A model generated the notes under the pieces. The model worked only from the letters and a program-made list of their open reading frames with translations. It did not search any database and was not told the DNA's origin. A stretch of DNA of 64,000 bases from positions 4,576,001 through 4,640,000 of the forward strand of contig OZ244042.1 in NCBI GenBank assembly GCA_965215015.1. Reading direction: 5' to 3'. The translations under genes were made by a program, and so were the position numbers. This stretch comes from Candidatus Poribacteria bacterium. GTDB taxonomy: Bacteria; Poribacteria; WGA-4E; PCPOR2b. This document shows, piece after piece, positions 29,597-39,159 of this stretch. Within the stretch, counting starts at the first letter, position 1. Every line of letters begins with the position of its first letter.

Positions 29597-30994
29597 CTAT
29601 GATTTGATTATATCCTTGTATTGGTCAAAATATGTTCGTGTTGCCTGCATTACTTTCGGTGCTAGCCGAAGTGTGGAAACCATCGTTGGAATTGCCATGA
29701 GAGCGAAAGAACCGTCAATGAGGCTGACTGCGGCGTCCAAAGAGATTACAGCAGCCACCACCATCATTGCTACATAGAAGTAATTGTAGATATGCTGGCG
29801 TTCAGCACCGATTAAGAATCCCATACATTTCGCGCCGTAGTAGGAGTAGGCAAACATGGTGCTGGTGCTGAAACAGAGGACGCAGAGGGTGAGCAGATAA
29901 GGTCCGATGCCGGGCATGGCTTTGCCGAAAGCCATCACTGTAAGGGTAATGCCGATTGCGGTGCTATCGGCTTCGCTGTTGATCTCGGGGCTCTGCCATA
30001 CCCCTGATGTGAGGATAATGAGTGCTGTGATGGTGCAGACAATAAGTGTGTCGATCGCAGGACCAAGCATGGCGATAAGTCCTTCTCGGACCGGCTCGGT
30101 GGTTTTAGCGGCACCGTGAGCCAACGCTGCGGTGCCAATCCCCGCCTCGTTGGAATAAGCCGCCCGGCGTATACCGGTCATGATAACGGCACCAATCGCT
30201 CCACCAGCGACAGCCTTTCCGGAAAAAGCATCTGTAATAATCAACCAGAGGCATTTCGGTATATTGGCGTAATTAACAGCAAGAATCCACACAGCGGCTG
30301 CCATATAGAGAATCAACATCCCCGGCACCAGCTTTGAAGCGATTGTCCCAATCCGTAGGATACCACCAAATATAATGAGCGCGACCAGTCCAGAGATGAT
30401 GATGCCAGCTATCAAATTAAAGGTAAAGTGCGACTCACCGATCCAACCGTTTGGAATAAAGATAACATCCCGCAGAATCTGGACGAGTTGGTTCACCTGG
30501 AACGCAGGCAAGGCACCTATCAGCGCAGCGACACAGAAGAAAACCCCTAGAGGTCTCCAATTTTTCCCGAGGCCCTCTACGATTGCATACATGGGTCCGC
30601 CCTGCGTTGTGCCCCGACTGTCTGTCCCTCGGTACATGACAGCGAGGGTACAGGTAAAGAACTTCGTTGCCATCCCCACAACGGCACTGAGCCACATCCA
30701 GAAGATGGCACCCGGTCCACCCGTCGTGACAGCGACCGCCACACCGGCTATATTTCCTACCCCAATCGTTGCTGCAAGAGCACTAGATAGTGCCGCAAAG
30801 TGTGAAATATCCCCAGGGTCGTTGGGATCGTCATATTTGCCACGCAATATGTTAATGGCATGCCTAATAAATCGAAAAGGCAAAAACTGGGAATAGCAGA
30901 GAAAAAAGGCACCGCCTCCTACGAGTAAGACTAGTAGCCAAGGGCCCCAAGCAACATCAGCAAAGGCAATTATGATGTTCTCTATCTGTTGCAT
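29597..30994 (-). CDS. Alanine/glycine:cation symporter (AGCS family)
   Basis: ALAATIGVGNIAGVA, GGPGAIFWMW, GGPMY, SNEAGIG, DTLIVCTIT. Confidence 0.93.
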   Translation of the reverse strand: MQQIENIIIAFADVAWGPWLLVLLVGGGAFFLCYSQFLPFRFIRHAINILRGKYDDPNDPGDISHFAALSSALAATIGVGNIAGVAVAVTTGGPGAIFWMWLSAVVGMATKFFTCTLAVMYRGTDSRGTTQGGPMYAIVEGLGKNWRPLGVFFCVAALIGALPAFQVNQLVQILRDVIFIPNGWIGESHFTFNLIAGIIISGLVALIIFGGILRIGTIASKLVPGMLILYMAAAVWILAVNYANIPKCLWLIITDAFSGKAVAGGAIGAVIMTGIRRAAYSNEAGIGTAALAHGAAKTTEPVREGLIAMLGPAIDTLIVCTITALIILTSGVWQSPEINSEADSTAIGITLTVMAFGKAMPGIGPYLLTLCVLCFSTSTMFAYSYYGAKCMGFLIGAERQHIYNYFYVAMMVVAAVISLDAAVSLIDGSFALMAIPTMVSTLRLAPKVMQATRTYFDQYKDIIKS

Positions 30995-31154
30995 ACTGTA
31001 AATCCTTTCTTATGTTGGGTTGCGTTTCTTACTGACAGTAAAGTCGGGATTAATTTTTAACATCTGTTTTCCGCTGCATTTCCCACATCTGAATATTAAG
31101 TTAGGAGTTACGCACTTGAGTTTGTCGTCGCGCGTTCATTGAGCGTCTTTAAGG

Positions 31155-31260
31155 GAGTAGGCATACGCCGTATGTCGTACCCCCTTCCCTCCGCAAGCAG
31201 GGGGAGACAGGCTCATTGAACCGATTTCCCCCGCGCCTGCGGGAGGACTGAGGGGGTTCT
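31155..31260. repeat. REP-like repeat cluster
   Basis: AGTAGGCATACGCCGTATG (reverse of the GGCATACGGAGTGTGCC family) and CCGCAAGCAGGGGG / CCCCGCGCCTGCGGGAGG hairpins. Confidence 0.65.
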
Positions 31261-31345
31261 TGGGGGCTGAGGGGGCAAAACGTTTGACATTCATTTTGGA
31301 TCTTCCTTAGTTGAATTAACTCCAGAAAAATTCCCTAGAATTGGC

Positions 31346-31373
31346 TTGACAATTCCCATAGCAATGTTACAAT
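31346..31373 (+). promoter_or_regulatory. Strong sigma70-type promoter with no downstream ORF
   Basis: TTGACA-16bp-TACAAT. Confidence 0.65.
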
Positions 31374-31378
31374 ACGTC

Positions 31379-31515
31379 TGTTGTAGTCGTTGAATCTAAT
31401 TTCGCTAACCGTCAACAACAATATCGAGGAAGTGTTTCTGGTTTCTGAACCTACGATTTCCCTCAGTTAACTTTGCAATAAGTTGGTCCTTAGAGTCCAT
31501 TACAAAAAAACTTTA
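31379..31515 (+). ncRNA. Cold-shock-gene (csp-type) 5' leader-like RNA
   Basis: TGTTGTAGTCGTTGAATCTAATTT...GAGGAAGT...TTTCTGAACCTAC...AGTTAACTTTGCAA resembles leaders I recall upstream of csp/RNA-binding protein genes; not verified by covariance model. Confidence 0.5.
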
Positions 31516-31894
31516 GGTCTAAAGCCCAAACATTTATGTTTAGGATACAGAACGGCCTGTTAGGCAAAATCTAACAGGCACCCCGCTCTAGCATTGATTT
31601 TTCTTGTTTTCAAAAATGTTTTGATGTATAATTGACCTATAGCTATACTTCCTGCTGAAAATGTCATCAAGGTAAAAACCGATACGATTTTCCCATACTG
31701 CGACAGCAGTATATTCTAAGAAATGTAACTATCCGAAGTGGCCTCGATAGATTGGGACCAATGGGCAGGGCGTTGTCCATTGCAGTAGCATAAGTAAGAT
31801 GGGTTTCGGCCCGCTATCTGTGTTGATAGCATAATTCGACTCCTACAAGGAACAGGTAGGAATCCCAGTCCTTTTAGGTTTGGGAGCACGTCAA
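31516..31894 (+). mobile_element. Non-autonomous, internally deleted IS200/IS605-like element with probable omegaRNA right end
   Basis: Left end GGTCTAAAGCCCAAACATTTATGTTTAGGATACAGAACGGC (hairpin); right end GAATCCCAGTCCTTTTAGGTTTGGGAGCACGTCAA (hairpin ending TCAA); no intact ORF. Confidence 0.6.
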
Positions 31895-31951
31895 AGTCCT
31901 CCTGTATAACAGGAGATGTTCGAGTTGGCAACTGCTGTGAGTTGAACATTG

Positions 31952-31988
31952 AGCGTGAAGAGGATTTTCACATCTTCACGCTTCTTTT
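31952..31988 (+). terminator. Intrinsic terminator
   Basis: AGCGTGAAGA...TCTTCACGCT followed by TCTTTT. Confidence 0.6.
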
Positions 31989-32241
31989 ACGGCGTTTTTC
32001 ACGACAGCATTAACCGTATGACTATCGCCAGAATTGCTAAATAGTATCAGCCCCCACATTGAATTGTCAACAATCTTTTTTTTACTATAGATTGTCCCAC
32101 TACACTGCCCATAAACCCAATCACAGTCTTATTTCTCTGGATTCAGTAGATGTTGACTGAATACAGAGAAACGCATATAGTTGTTAGCAGTGAAGCGGAT
32201 AACTACTATTTGCAAAAAGAAATAACTGATGGGCAGATATG

Positions 32242-32628
32242 CTATTCTTTCTCGACCTCATCACTTTTTTCAGTTGGCAGCCCTACCGCTTTCCAGCCTC
32301 GGAACCCTCCTGTTAGTACAGAAGCGTTCTTGTATCCCATAATCTGTAAGGTATGTGCGGACAGTGAGCCACGGGTGTTGCCGCCACAATGTGCGACAAT
32401 GGGTGTGTCTTGATCGGGGACGAGTTCATCGATTTCTAGCTCGATGGCTGCACGGGGCAGCGAAATCGCACCGGGCAGGTGTTCGGCTTCATACAGTTCT
32501 TTATCACGCACATCTAGGATGACGACAGGTTCATTATTATCAATAGCCGTTTTCAGTATTTCTGCAGAGGTGTGTCCAATCTGTGCTTGGGCTTCGGCGA
32601 GCAGTTGTTCTAAGGTTTTGCCACGCAT
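32242..32628 (-). CDS. Rhodanese-like domain protein
   Basis: ILDVRD, HLPGAI, HCGGNTRG active loop, LTGGFRGW. ATG 32628 with AAGGAG RBS. Confidence 0.9.
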   Translation of the reverse strand: MRGKTLEQLLAEAQAQIGHTSAEILKTAIDNNEPVVILDVRDKELYEAEHLPGAISLPRAAIELEIDELVPDQDTPIVAHCGGNTRGSLSAHTLQIMGYKNASVLTGGFRGWKAVGLPTEKSDEVEKE

Positions 32629-32883
32629 AATTCTCATCTCCTTCTGTAAAAATGTTGTGTGCATAAAGGCATAGCGAGAGCTTAAATATGAAGGACTAAA
32701 TAATTTCACTGCATCTTTCAATGATAAATAATGGCATTTTAACACAGCCCTTAAACATGGTCAAGCAAGCCTCAAAGTTTTTTAGCTCTTCGATTGGGTA
32801 GAGATTTCAAATCTTGTTTCGCGGGAGACTCGTGCCGCACCTAACACGATGTCAATGATATTACTATTATATGGAGGTCTCTT

Positions 32884-33339
32884 ATGATACAGTCGCTTCA
32901 ACAATCCGTTCAATCGGTGATCGATGAAGGGCGAATCGGCAGCCCTGTGTTTTTGCGCTGCATAGTACAAGCACCAATTGAAGCAGCGGACACCGTGGGT
33001 GGCCTCGCCGCCTTGACTGCGATGGGCAATAACTGGATGCCCGATCCGCCGGAGCAAATCTACGCCCTAGATAGCGCAGATACAACACAGATTACCGCTA
33101 TGGTGAAGTATGCCGGTGGACAGTCTGCGCTGCTAAGTGTTAATCGTATTCCGGCGGATCAGGACGTCGCCATCGATTTAAGGTTGGTTGGAAACAACGG
33201 AATCATCTATCACGAAACGCCCACAGGTCCGTATCGCCTGATGAATCCGCTACTTAGCTTAAGCGGCGGGGAAGATTTGATAGACGCAATTCGTCAGGGA
33301 CTAGAAACAAAACAGCCGGTCAAAGTGATGGAGGGTTAA
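32884..33339 (+). CDS. Hypothetical protein resembling an isolated Gfo/Idh/MocA C-terminal domain
   Basis: VIDEGRIGSPVFLR...LRLVGNNG...AIRQGLETKQPVKV; GGAGG RBS; 1 bp before the next gene. Confidence 0.65.
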   Translation: MIQSLQQSVQSVIDEGRIGSPVFLRCIVQAPIEAADTVGGLAALTAMGNNWMPDPPEQIYALDSADTTQITAMVKYAGGQSALLSVNRIPADQDVAIDLRLVGNNGIIYHETPTGPYRLMNPLLSLSGGEDLIDAIRQGLETKQPVKVMEG

Positions 33340-33340
33340 A

Positions 33341-34486
33341 ATGAAAAATGGAAAATATGGCGTATTGGTGCTCGGTGGACGACGGACACATCAGGAGAGC
33401 TATGCCCGCTGCTTTGCCGAAGATGAGCGGTGCGAGCTCATTGCAGCTTCCGATGAACTGGATGCGCCCCCTGAATATGTCAAATTGAATCGACAGCTTG
33501 CCGAAGATTTGCAGATTCCTTATATTCCCGATCTGAACGAAGCACTGGCACGTGATGATGTCGATATCGTCAGCTCGTGTGTCCAAAACGAGCGGCGAGG
33601 GCGTGTGAACGTGAAATGTGCAGAGGCGGGGAAACACCTCTATCTGGATAAACCGCTAGCGATGAGTGTCGAGGATGCACAGGCGATTGCGGCAGCGGTG
33701 GAGAAAGCCGGTGTTTGTAACCAGATGTTTAGCAACATGCACACTCCTTGGGCAGAAGCTGCCAAAAAAGCACTGAACAACGGTGAGATCGGAGAGCTTC
33801 GTGCTATCCACTGCGACGTGCTTTTTGCTAAGGGGCATGTTGGCACAGCACCGGTGGGGCGCAAGAGGGTAGAGAAGCCGACCGTTGAGAGATATACCTT
33901 TATCGAGGCGAAACGGGAGATGTTTGATGTTGGTGTGTACCCCGTATCGCTGATTAATTGGCTGACGCAGAAACGGGTCAAAACAGTTTTTGGCACAACC
34001 GCCAACTACTTCTTTGAGGAGCACATCTCATGCGATATTGAGGACTTCGGTGCACTGATGATGACACTAGAGGATGGCGTTGTGGCAACAATCATTGGTG
34101 GACGTGCGGGATGGATGAGCCATGCCAAAGGTGGGGTTCAGCGGCTGCATCTGATCGGCACACGCGGTACATTGGCATTTGATGGCTCGCAACCGCGCCT
34201 CGAAGTGTATGCGGATGAAGAACCTTTCCGACAAACGCCGGCGCATCCGATGGATCCAATGGGAATGTGGTCAAGTACACAAACCGAATCAGGTATGATA
34301 CCTAAACGTCAGTGGGTCGCCGTGAATCAAGCGGGCGATCAGCAAGGACCAGATATGAGAGGGTTTGTGGATTGTATCGAAGCGGGGAGAGAGAGCGAGA
34401 TGAACGCCGCATTTGCTGCACAATCGGTCGCCATCATTCGTGCCGGCTACGAATCCGCAGCGAAGGGCGAAATTATCGCGCTTTGA
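33341..34486 (+). CDS. Gfo/Idh/MocA family oxidoreductase
   Basis: AGKHLYLDKPLA, GEIGELRAI, DVGVYP. Confidence 0.88.
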   Translation: MKNGKYGVLVLGGRRTHQESYARCFAEDERCELIAASDELDAPPEYVKLNRQLAEDLQIPYIPDLNEALARDDVDIVSSCVQNERRGRVNVKCAEAGKHLYLDKPLAMSVEDAQAIAAAVEKAGVCNQMFSNMHTPWAEAAKKALNNGEIGELRAIHCDVLFAKGHVGTAPVGRKRVEKPTVERYTFIEAKREMFDVGVYPVSLINWLTQKRVKTVFGTTANYFFEEHISCDIEDFGALMMTLEDGVVATIIGGRAGWMSHAKGGVQRLHLIGTRGTLAFDGSQPRLEVYADEEPFRQTPAHPMDPMGMWSSTQTESGMIPKRQWVAVNQAGDQQGPDMRGFVDCIEAGRESEMNAAFAAQSVAIIRAGYESAAKGEIIAL

Positions 34487-34587
34487 AATTCAACCGTTTG
34501 TTTGCTTCTTACACCTCATGAACAACTGGATTCGCGTTCCATACACCGCCTTTTACGCATTATGTTTCACTCGAATGGAGTATAGTC

Positions 34588-36657
34588 ATGCGAACTATTA
34601 GCCCCAATGTTAACGGTTACTACGACGTTTCAGATCAGATGATCGATAACCTGCGTCGCCGGGCGGAAGCACATTTTCGTCGACAGGAAATAGAGAAAGC
34701 GGAGTTGACATCGATCGCAGCTTTTGAGGAACACCGCAAACGGGTGGGGGATCACTTTATGAGAGCCATCGGTGGCTTGCCCGAAGATCGCACACCGCTA
34801 AACGTCCAATGTACGGGCATCCTCGATCGCGGCGGGTTTACAATCGAAAAGTTAATCTATGAGAGTCTACCAGAATTTTATGTCACGGCTGCGTTGTACG
34901 TCCCGAAAGGCATCGTATCCTCCCAACCCGCCGTTGTTTTTGTACATGGACATAGTGATCTCGGCAAGTCTTATCCGGTCTATCAGGCGGTCTGCGTCGA
35001 TCTTGCTGCCAACGGTTTTATCGTGCTTGCTGTCGATCCACCGGGACAGGGCGAGCGATTTCAATACTTCGATTCAGGGAAGGGCGAGCGGATTATCGGC
35101 GGTTGCACAACGGAGCACACCTACGCTGGGCTACAATTTACGCTGGGCGGTGCCAGTATTGGTCGGCATTTCATCTGGGACGTCATGCGAGGTATTGATT
35201 ATTTGGAGACGCGTCCGGAGGTTGATCCAACACGCATCGGCTTAACTGGGAATTCGGGTGGGGGTACGCAATCTTGTCTACTGATGATGAGTGAACAGCG
35301 TTTTGCTGCAGCCGTGCCCTGTACCTTCGTTATGACGCTGGAATCGTACATGAAAACAGGACAGGCGCAGGATAGCGAGCAGATTGTGCCGGGGTGTTTC
35401 GCCAACGGACCCGACCACGACGATTATATCACCGCTATGGCACCGAAGCCGGTGCTCATCGGTGCGGCTGCTTACGACTACTTCCCAATTGAAGGCGCAA
35501 TTGAAGCCGTGGATAGAGCCAAGCGAATCTATGCCCTCTATGATGCTGAAGATAACGTTGACATCGCAATCGCTCCAACGCGACATGAGTACTCCTCATA
35601 TCTCCGTGAAGCGTGTGTCAACTGGTACAAGCAGCATTTTCGCGGTGAGTCGCCTGACTTCATAACAGGTGAACAGGAAACTTTGTCTGATGAGGCACTT
35701 TGGGCGACGCCAAATGGTCAAGTACTTGATCTGTATCCGAACAGCAAAACGGTATTTGACCTGAACCGGGAGCGATTGGAAGTATCGTCCGTTTCTCGAC
35801 TTGGGATTGACCACAACACAGGGCGGGAGGAGGACGACATCGATCAGATACGGGAAACAATTACGGGGATTCTTGGAATGCCGGAGAGGTGTAATCAAAG
35901 GATCTATCCTCGTATCATCGCTGAAAACATCGTTGATGGTTACCGGACGGAGGAAATCTTTTTCTTCAGCGAACCCAATATCGTTGTTACCGGAATCTTC
36001 ATCCATCCTCTTGAAGGGGCCACGGTTGAGCAGACTGACCTCGTTCTTTTTGAAAATGGTACAAACGACAACCGAGACAAACGGGAATGGCTCGAAGATC
36101 GACTCGCTTCCGGGCGGCAATTGTTTGTTTTCGATCCGCGTGGCATCGGTGGTGTGCAGGTACGCTCATTCAATCGGGGTGTTCAGCCACATGACGGTGA
36201 ATTCAAACTTGCCTCAGATGCAATGATGCTTGGTATCTCGACGATGGGCTTACGTGTCTTTGATGTCTTGCGTGCATACGACTATCTCCGCACCCGATCC
36301 GATGTCGATCAGATTGGGCTGTACGGGATTGGCAAAAGTGCGTTTTATGCTTACTTTGCTGGTGTGTTAGAAGACGGGTTTGCATCGCTCGAATTGGAAG
36401 ATTTGCTCTACTCGTATCGCGACCTGACAGACACGCGCTACTACGACCAAAAACGCTATAACCTCGAAGTGATGGCGTGGGGCCTCCTGCGACACTTCGA
36501 TCTGGTGGATCTGACACCGTGCTTTGGAGAACGCTCCCTTCGATGGATTGCGCCGAGAAATGCCAAAGGGGAAGTCCTGACAGATGAGGTGTTTGATCGG
36601 GTATTTCTTAGCATTGCCAGGAAGCGGGGATATTTGGGGGACGCGATAAGAGCGTGA
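34588..36657 (+). CDS. Acetylxylan esterase-like alpha/beta hydrolase (two-domain)
   Basis: VHGHS, DPPGQGER, IDYLETRPEVD, GNSGGG nucleophile, second fold with DPRGIG. Confidence 0.82.
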   Translation: MRTISPNVNGYYDVSDQMIDNLRRRAEAHFRRQEIEKAELTSIAAFEEHRKRVGDHFMRAIGGLPEDRTPLNVQCTGILDRGGFTIEKLIYESLPEFYVTAALYVPKGIVSSQPAVVFVHGHSDLGKSYPVYQAVCVDLAANGFIVLAVDPPGQGERFQYFDSGKGERIIGGCTTEHTYAGLQFTLGGASIGRHFIWDVMRGIDYLETRPEVDPTRIGLTGNSGGGTQSCLLMMSEQRFAAAVPCTFVMTLESYMKTGQAQDSEQIVPGCFANGPDHDDYITAMAPKPVLIGAAAYDYFPIEGAIEAVDRAKRIYALYDAEDNVDIAIAPTRHEYSSYLREACVNWYKQHFRGESPDFITGEQETLSDEALWATPNGQVLDLYPNSKTVFDLNRERLEVSSVSRLGIDHNTGREEDDIDQIRETITGILGMPERCNQRIYPRIIAENIVDGYRTEEIFFFSEPNIVVTGIFIHPLEGATVEQTDLVLFENGTNDNRDKREWLEDRLASGRQLFVFDPRGIGGVQVRSFNRGVQPHDGEFKLASDAMMLGISTMGLRVFDVLRAYDYLRTRSDVDQIGLYGIGKSAFYAYFAGVLEDGFASLELEDLLYSYRDLTDTRYYDQKRYNLEVMAWGLLRHFDLVDLTPCFGERSLRWIAPRNAKGEVLTDEVFDRVFLSIARKRGYLGDAIRA

Positions 36658-36818
36658 ATATTTGAGTGAGAGCGGGCTGTAGGGGGATATACTGGCTGAA
36701 GGTTTGCTTGTTCCCGTACTCCGGCACCAAAAGCGAGTCCCTAAATTTTTGCTCAATTAAAGGACTCACAAGTGAGAAAATTTTGGAGATGCCCCCCGGT
36801 GCGTTCGCTAATTTCCTA

Positions 36819-36847
36819 TTGACGTCCTCTTGGGGGAATGCTATACT
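36819..36847 (+). promoter_or_regulatory. Sigma70-type promoter
   Basis: TTGACG-17bp-TATACT. Confidence 0.6.
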
Positions 36848-36904
36848 TTCCTGAACTGTAATCGAAAATGGAAAGTATTAGGGCTTCCAGAACGCGGAGG
36901 ATGT

Positions 36905-39097
36905 ATGAATCGGAAGTTTATCCTGCTTTTAATGAGTTTTTTCCTGTTATGGGGATGCCAGTCCCAAGATCAGGATACTCGACCAACCTCGAAACTGAAA
37001 TCCCAACCGAAAAGTCAACCAATTGTTCCCCCTATCCCCACCCGCTCTGAAGATTGGCCCATGTTCATGTACGATTTGCACTTCTCCGGTAGGAGCCCCG
37101 ATCGGATGCTCAAACCCCCGCTCAAGCTGCTTTGGAAATACAAGACCGGTGGACCAATTCAAGCGAGTCCTGTGGTCGCCAACGGTACGGTGTACGTTGC
37201 CTCCACAGATCACACCCTCTACGCGCTTGACGCAAAACAGTGGGGACTCAAATGGAGTTTTAAAGCGGGGGGCGTGATTCGATACGCACCGACAGTCTGG
37301 AATAATCGTGTCTATTTTAGTGCGCGAGATAACCATATTTACGCCCTCAATGCTGAGACCGGTGGTTGGCTTTGGGAATTTCGATCGGACACATGGATGG
37401 ATTCCCCACCGATTTTGTCAAAGGGGAGACTATATATCGGGGCGTATACCCAGAAGATCTACGTTATTGATGCGACAACCGGCGAATTGGAATCGCAATT
37501 AAGGGGACGGGTGTATATCGATGGGATTGAATATGGGTGTTCACAAGGGCAGTTGCGTCCCATCACACCACAGCATGATGTCAGTACTTGGCGAGAACTG
37601 ACACCACTTACTTATAGTTACCCTGCAATTGCTAACGACGTGGTTTACATCGGCGCACGAGACAATCAAATTCATGCCTTAGACATCGAATCTCGGGAGG
37701 AAATCTGGTCCTATCCAACGAACGGGTATATTGATGCTACGCCAGCCATTTCCGATGGGAGACTTTATGTGGCATCGGATGATGGGTATGTGTATGCCTT
37801 TACCAATGAGGAAGGTGAACCTTCCGAAGGCCCGCCGGATGAACGTCCAATCGGCACGGTGGTACGCGATCAAGCTCCCGTTTATACGGACAAGGATTCG
37901 GGATCTCGGGTCAAACTAACGCTCAACGACGGGGTGGTGCTCCCGATTCTGAATCAAACAGAGGGGTGGTATCAGATTGAACTTCCAAACAGTGAAGTAG
38001 GTTGGATGGATGGAGGCGGGATAGGTGTGTTTGTAGAAACGGATGACATCCATTTTAATGCGGCAATCTGCAAGCACAACCGGACGATAGCACTGATTGA
38101 AGGAGCGGAGGCTCCCCATTGGTCCCCCGATGGCAAAAGGATTGCGTTTTTGAAACGAACCAACCTGTCTGGGCAGTATTGGCGAGCGAGCGAGCTCTGG
38201 ATTTCGGACGCTTGGGCAAAGAGGTCTCGGAGGCTGCATCAGGGAATTTTTTACAACCCTCATCTCTCCTGGTCACTTGATAGCAACTTTATCGCCTTTG
38301 AGGCGCACGACGAATCGAATCAGAGTTATATATGGGCAATCGATTGGCAAACCTTGCGCCTGATTAAGTTGATACAAGGGGACGCCCCTGCATGGTCACC
38401 AACAGCCAATCAAATTGCGTTCAGACGTTGGGAGGAAGGGACGGACATCATTTATCGTATTAATATCGATAAGACAGGTCTTGTGGCGATGGCACATATT
38501 CCTATTGACGGACACATTGTACCGTTCAGCTATCTAGATCCACCGTCGTGGTCCCCTGATGGCAAGCGTATCGCAGTCGGGCTAGACCACCAACATTATA
38601 AATCAGGTCATTCTCGGATTCGCATTCATAATGCGGATGGAACTAAGTTCAAGGAAATCCCCACTCAATCTCAGCGGGTTGCACAGATTACATGGTCGGC
38701 GGATGGATCGCAGCTGGCTTATGTCCTTCGAGGCAATCCCATACCAGATCCTGCGCTTGACAAACAGCTCCATCTTGTTGATGTTTCCACGACTGAGTCA
38801 GATACCGCAAACCAAATCCAAATTCTGAAGCATACTTCTCCCGCGTGGTCACCGCAAGGAAATCGGCTTGCATATATGGAACGTGAGGATTGTATGGGGC
38901 TGCGCTGGAAGGTATGGATCTTGGACCAGAAAACGAATCGCGCCCTGCCGGTTGCACGGACGACACTCAATTTGACTGCTATTACTTGGTTGCCAGCGGG
39001 AAAACGACTATGCTTATGGCATACATCAGAATATCTGCGCGGCGGGAAGTACAAACCTGCCAAGACGAGAGGTTGGATTGTAGAGATTAATCAATGA
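36905..39097 (+). CDS. Lipoprotein with PQQ-like propeller, SH3-like domain and TolB/PD40 repeats
   Basis: Lipobox LLWGC, DWPMF, repeated SP.V.NG.VY / LYALDA, WYQIEL..GW, repeated P.WSPDG. Confidence 0.8.
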   Translation: MNRKFILLLMSFFLLWGCQSQDQDTRPTSKLKSQPKSQPIVPPIPTRSEDWPMFMYDLHFSGRSPDRMLKPPLKLLWKYKTGGPIQASPVVANGTVYVASTDHTLYALDAKQWGLKWSFKAGGVIRYAPTVWNNRVYFSARDNHIYALNAETGGWLWEFRSDTWMDSPPILSKGRLYIGAYTQKIYVIDATTGELESQLRGRVYIDGIEYGCSQGQLRPITPQHDVSTWRELTPLTYSYPAIANDVVYIGARDNQIHALDIESREEIWSYPTNGYIDATPAISDGRLYVASDDGYVYAFTNEEGEPSEGPPDERPIGTVVRDQAPVYTDKDSGSRVKLTLNDGVVLPILNQTEGWYQIELPNSEVGWMDGGGIGVFVETDDIHFNAAICKHNRTIALIEGAEAPHWSPDGKRIAFLKRTNLSGQYWRASELWISDAWAKRSRRLHQGIFYNPHLSWSLDSNFIAFEAHDESNQSYIWAIDWQTLRLIKLIQGDAPAWSPTANQIAFRRWEEGTDIIYRINIDKTGLVAMAHIPIDGHIVPFSYLDPPSWSPDGKRIAVGLDHQHYKSGHSRIRIHNADGTKFKEIPTQSQRVAQITWSADGSQLAYVLRGNPIPDPALDKQLHLVDVSTTESDTANQIQILKHTSPAWSPQGNRLAYMEREDCMGLRWKVWILDQKTNRALPVARTTLNLTAITWLPAGKRLCLWHTSEYLRGGKYKPAKTRGWIVEINQ

Positions 39098-39159
39098 ACA
39101 AATTCTGAGGGGACTTTTGTTCCAGTGGACAATAGCGCCAGTGATGGAAAGGGCTCGCG

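Noticed and set aside
31380-31500. c-di-AMP (ydaO) riboswitch
   Set aside because: Only partial resemblance; the conserved core elements are missing and a csp-type leader fits better.
31716-31949. 77-aa minus-strand ORF
   Set aside because: Antisense to the IS-end hairpins and has no recognisable family.
36711-36729. tRNA-like 3' end (TCCCGTACTCCGGCACCA)
   Set aside because: No TTCGA T-loop and no matching 5' acceptor strand.
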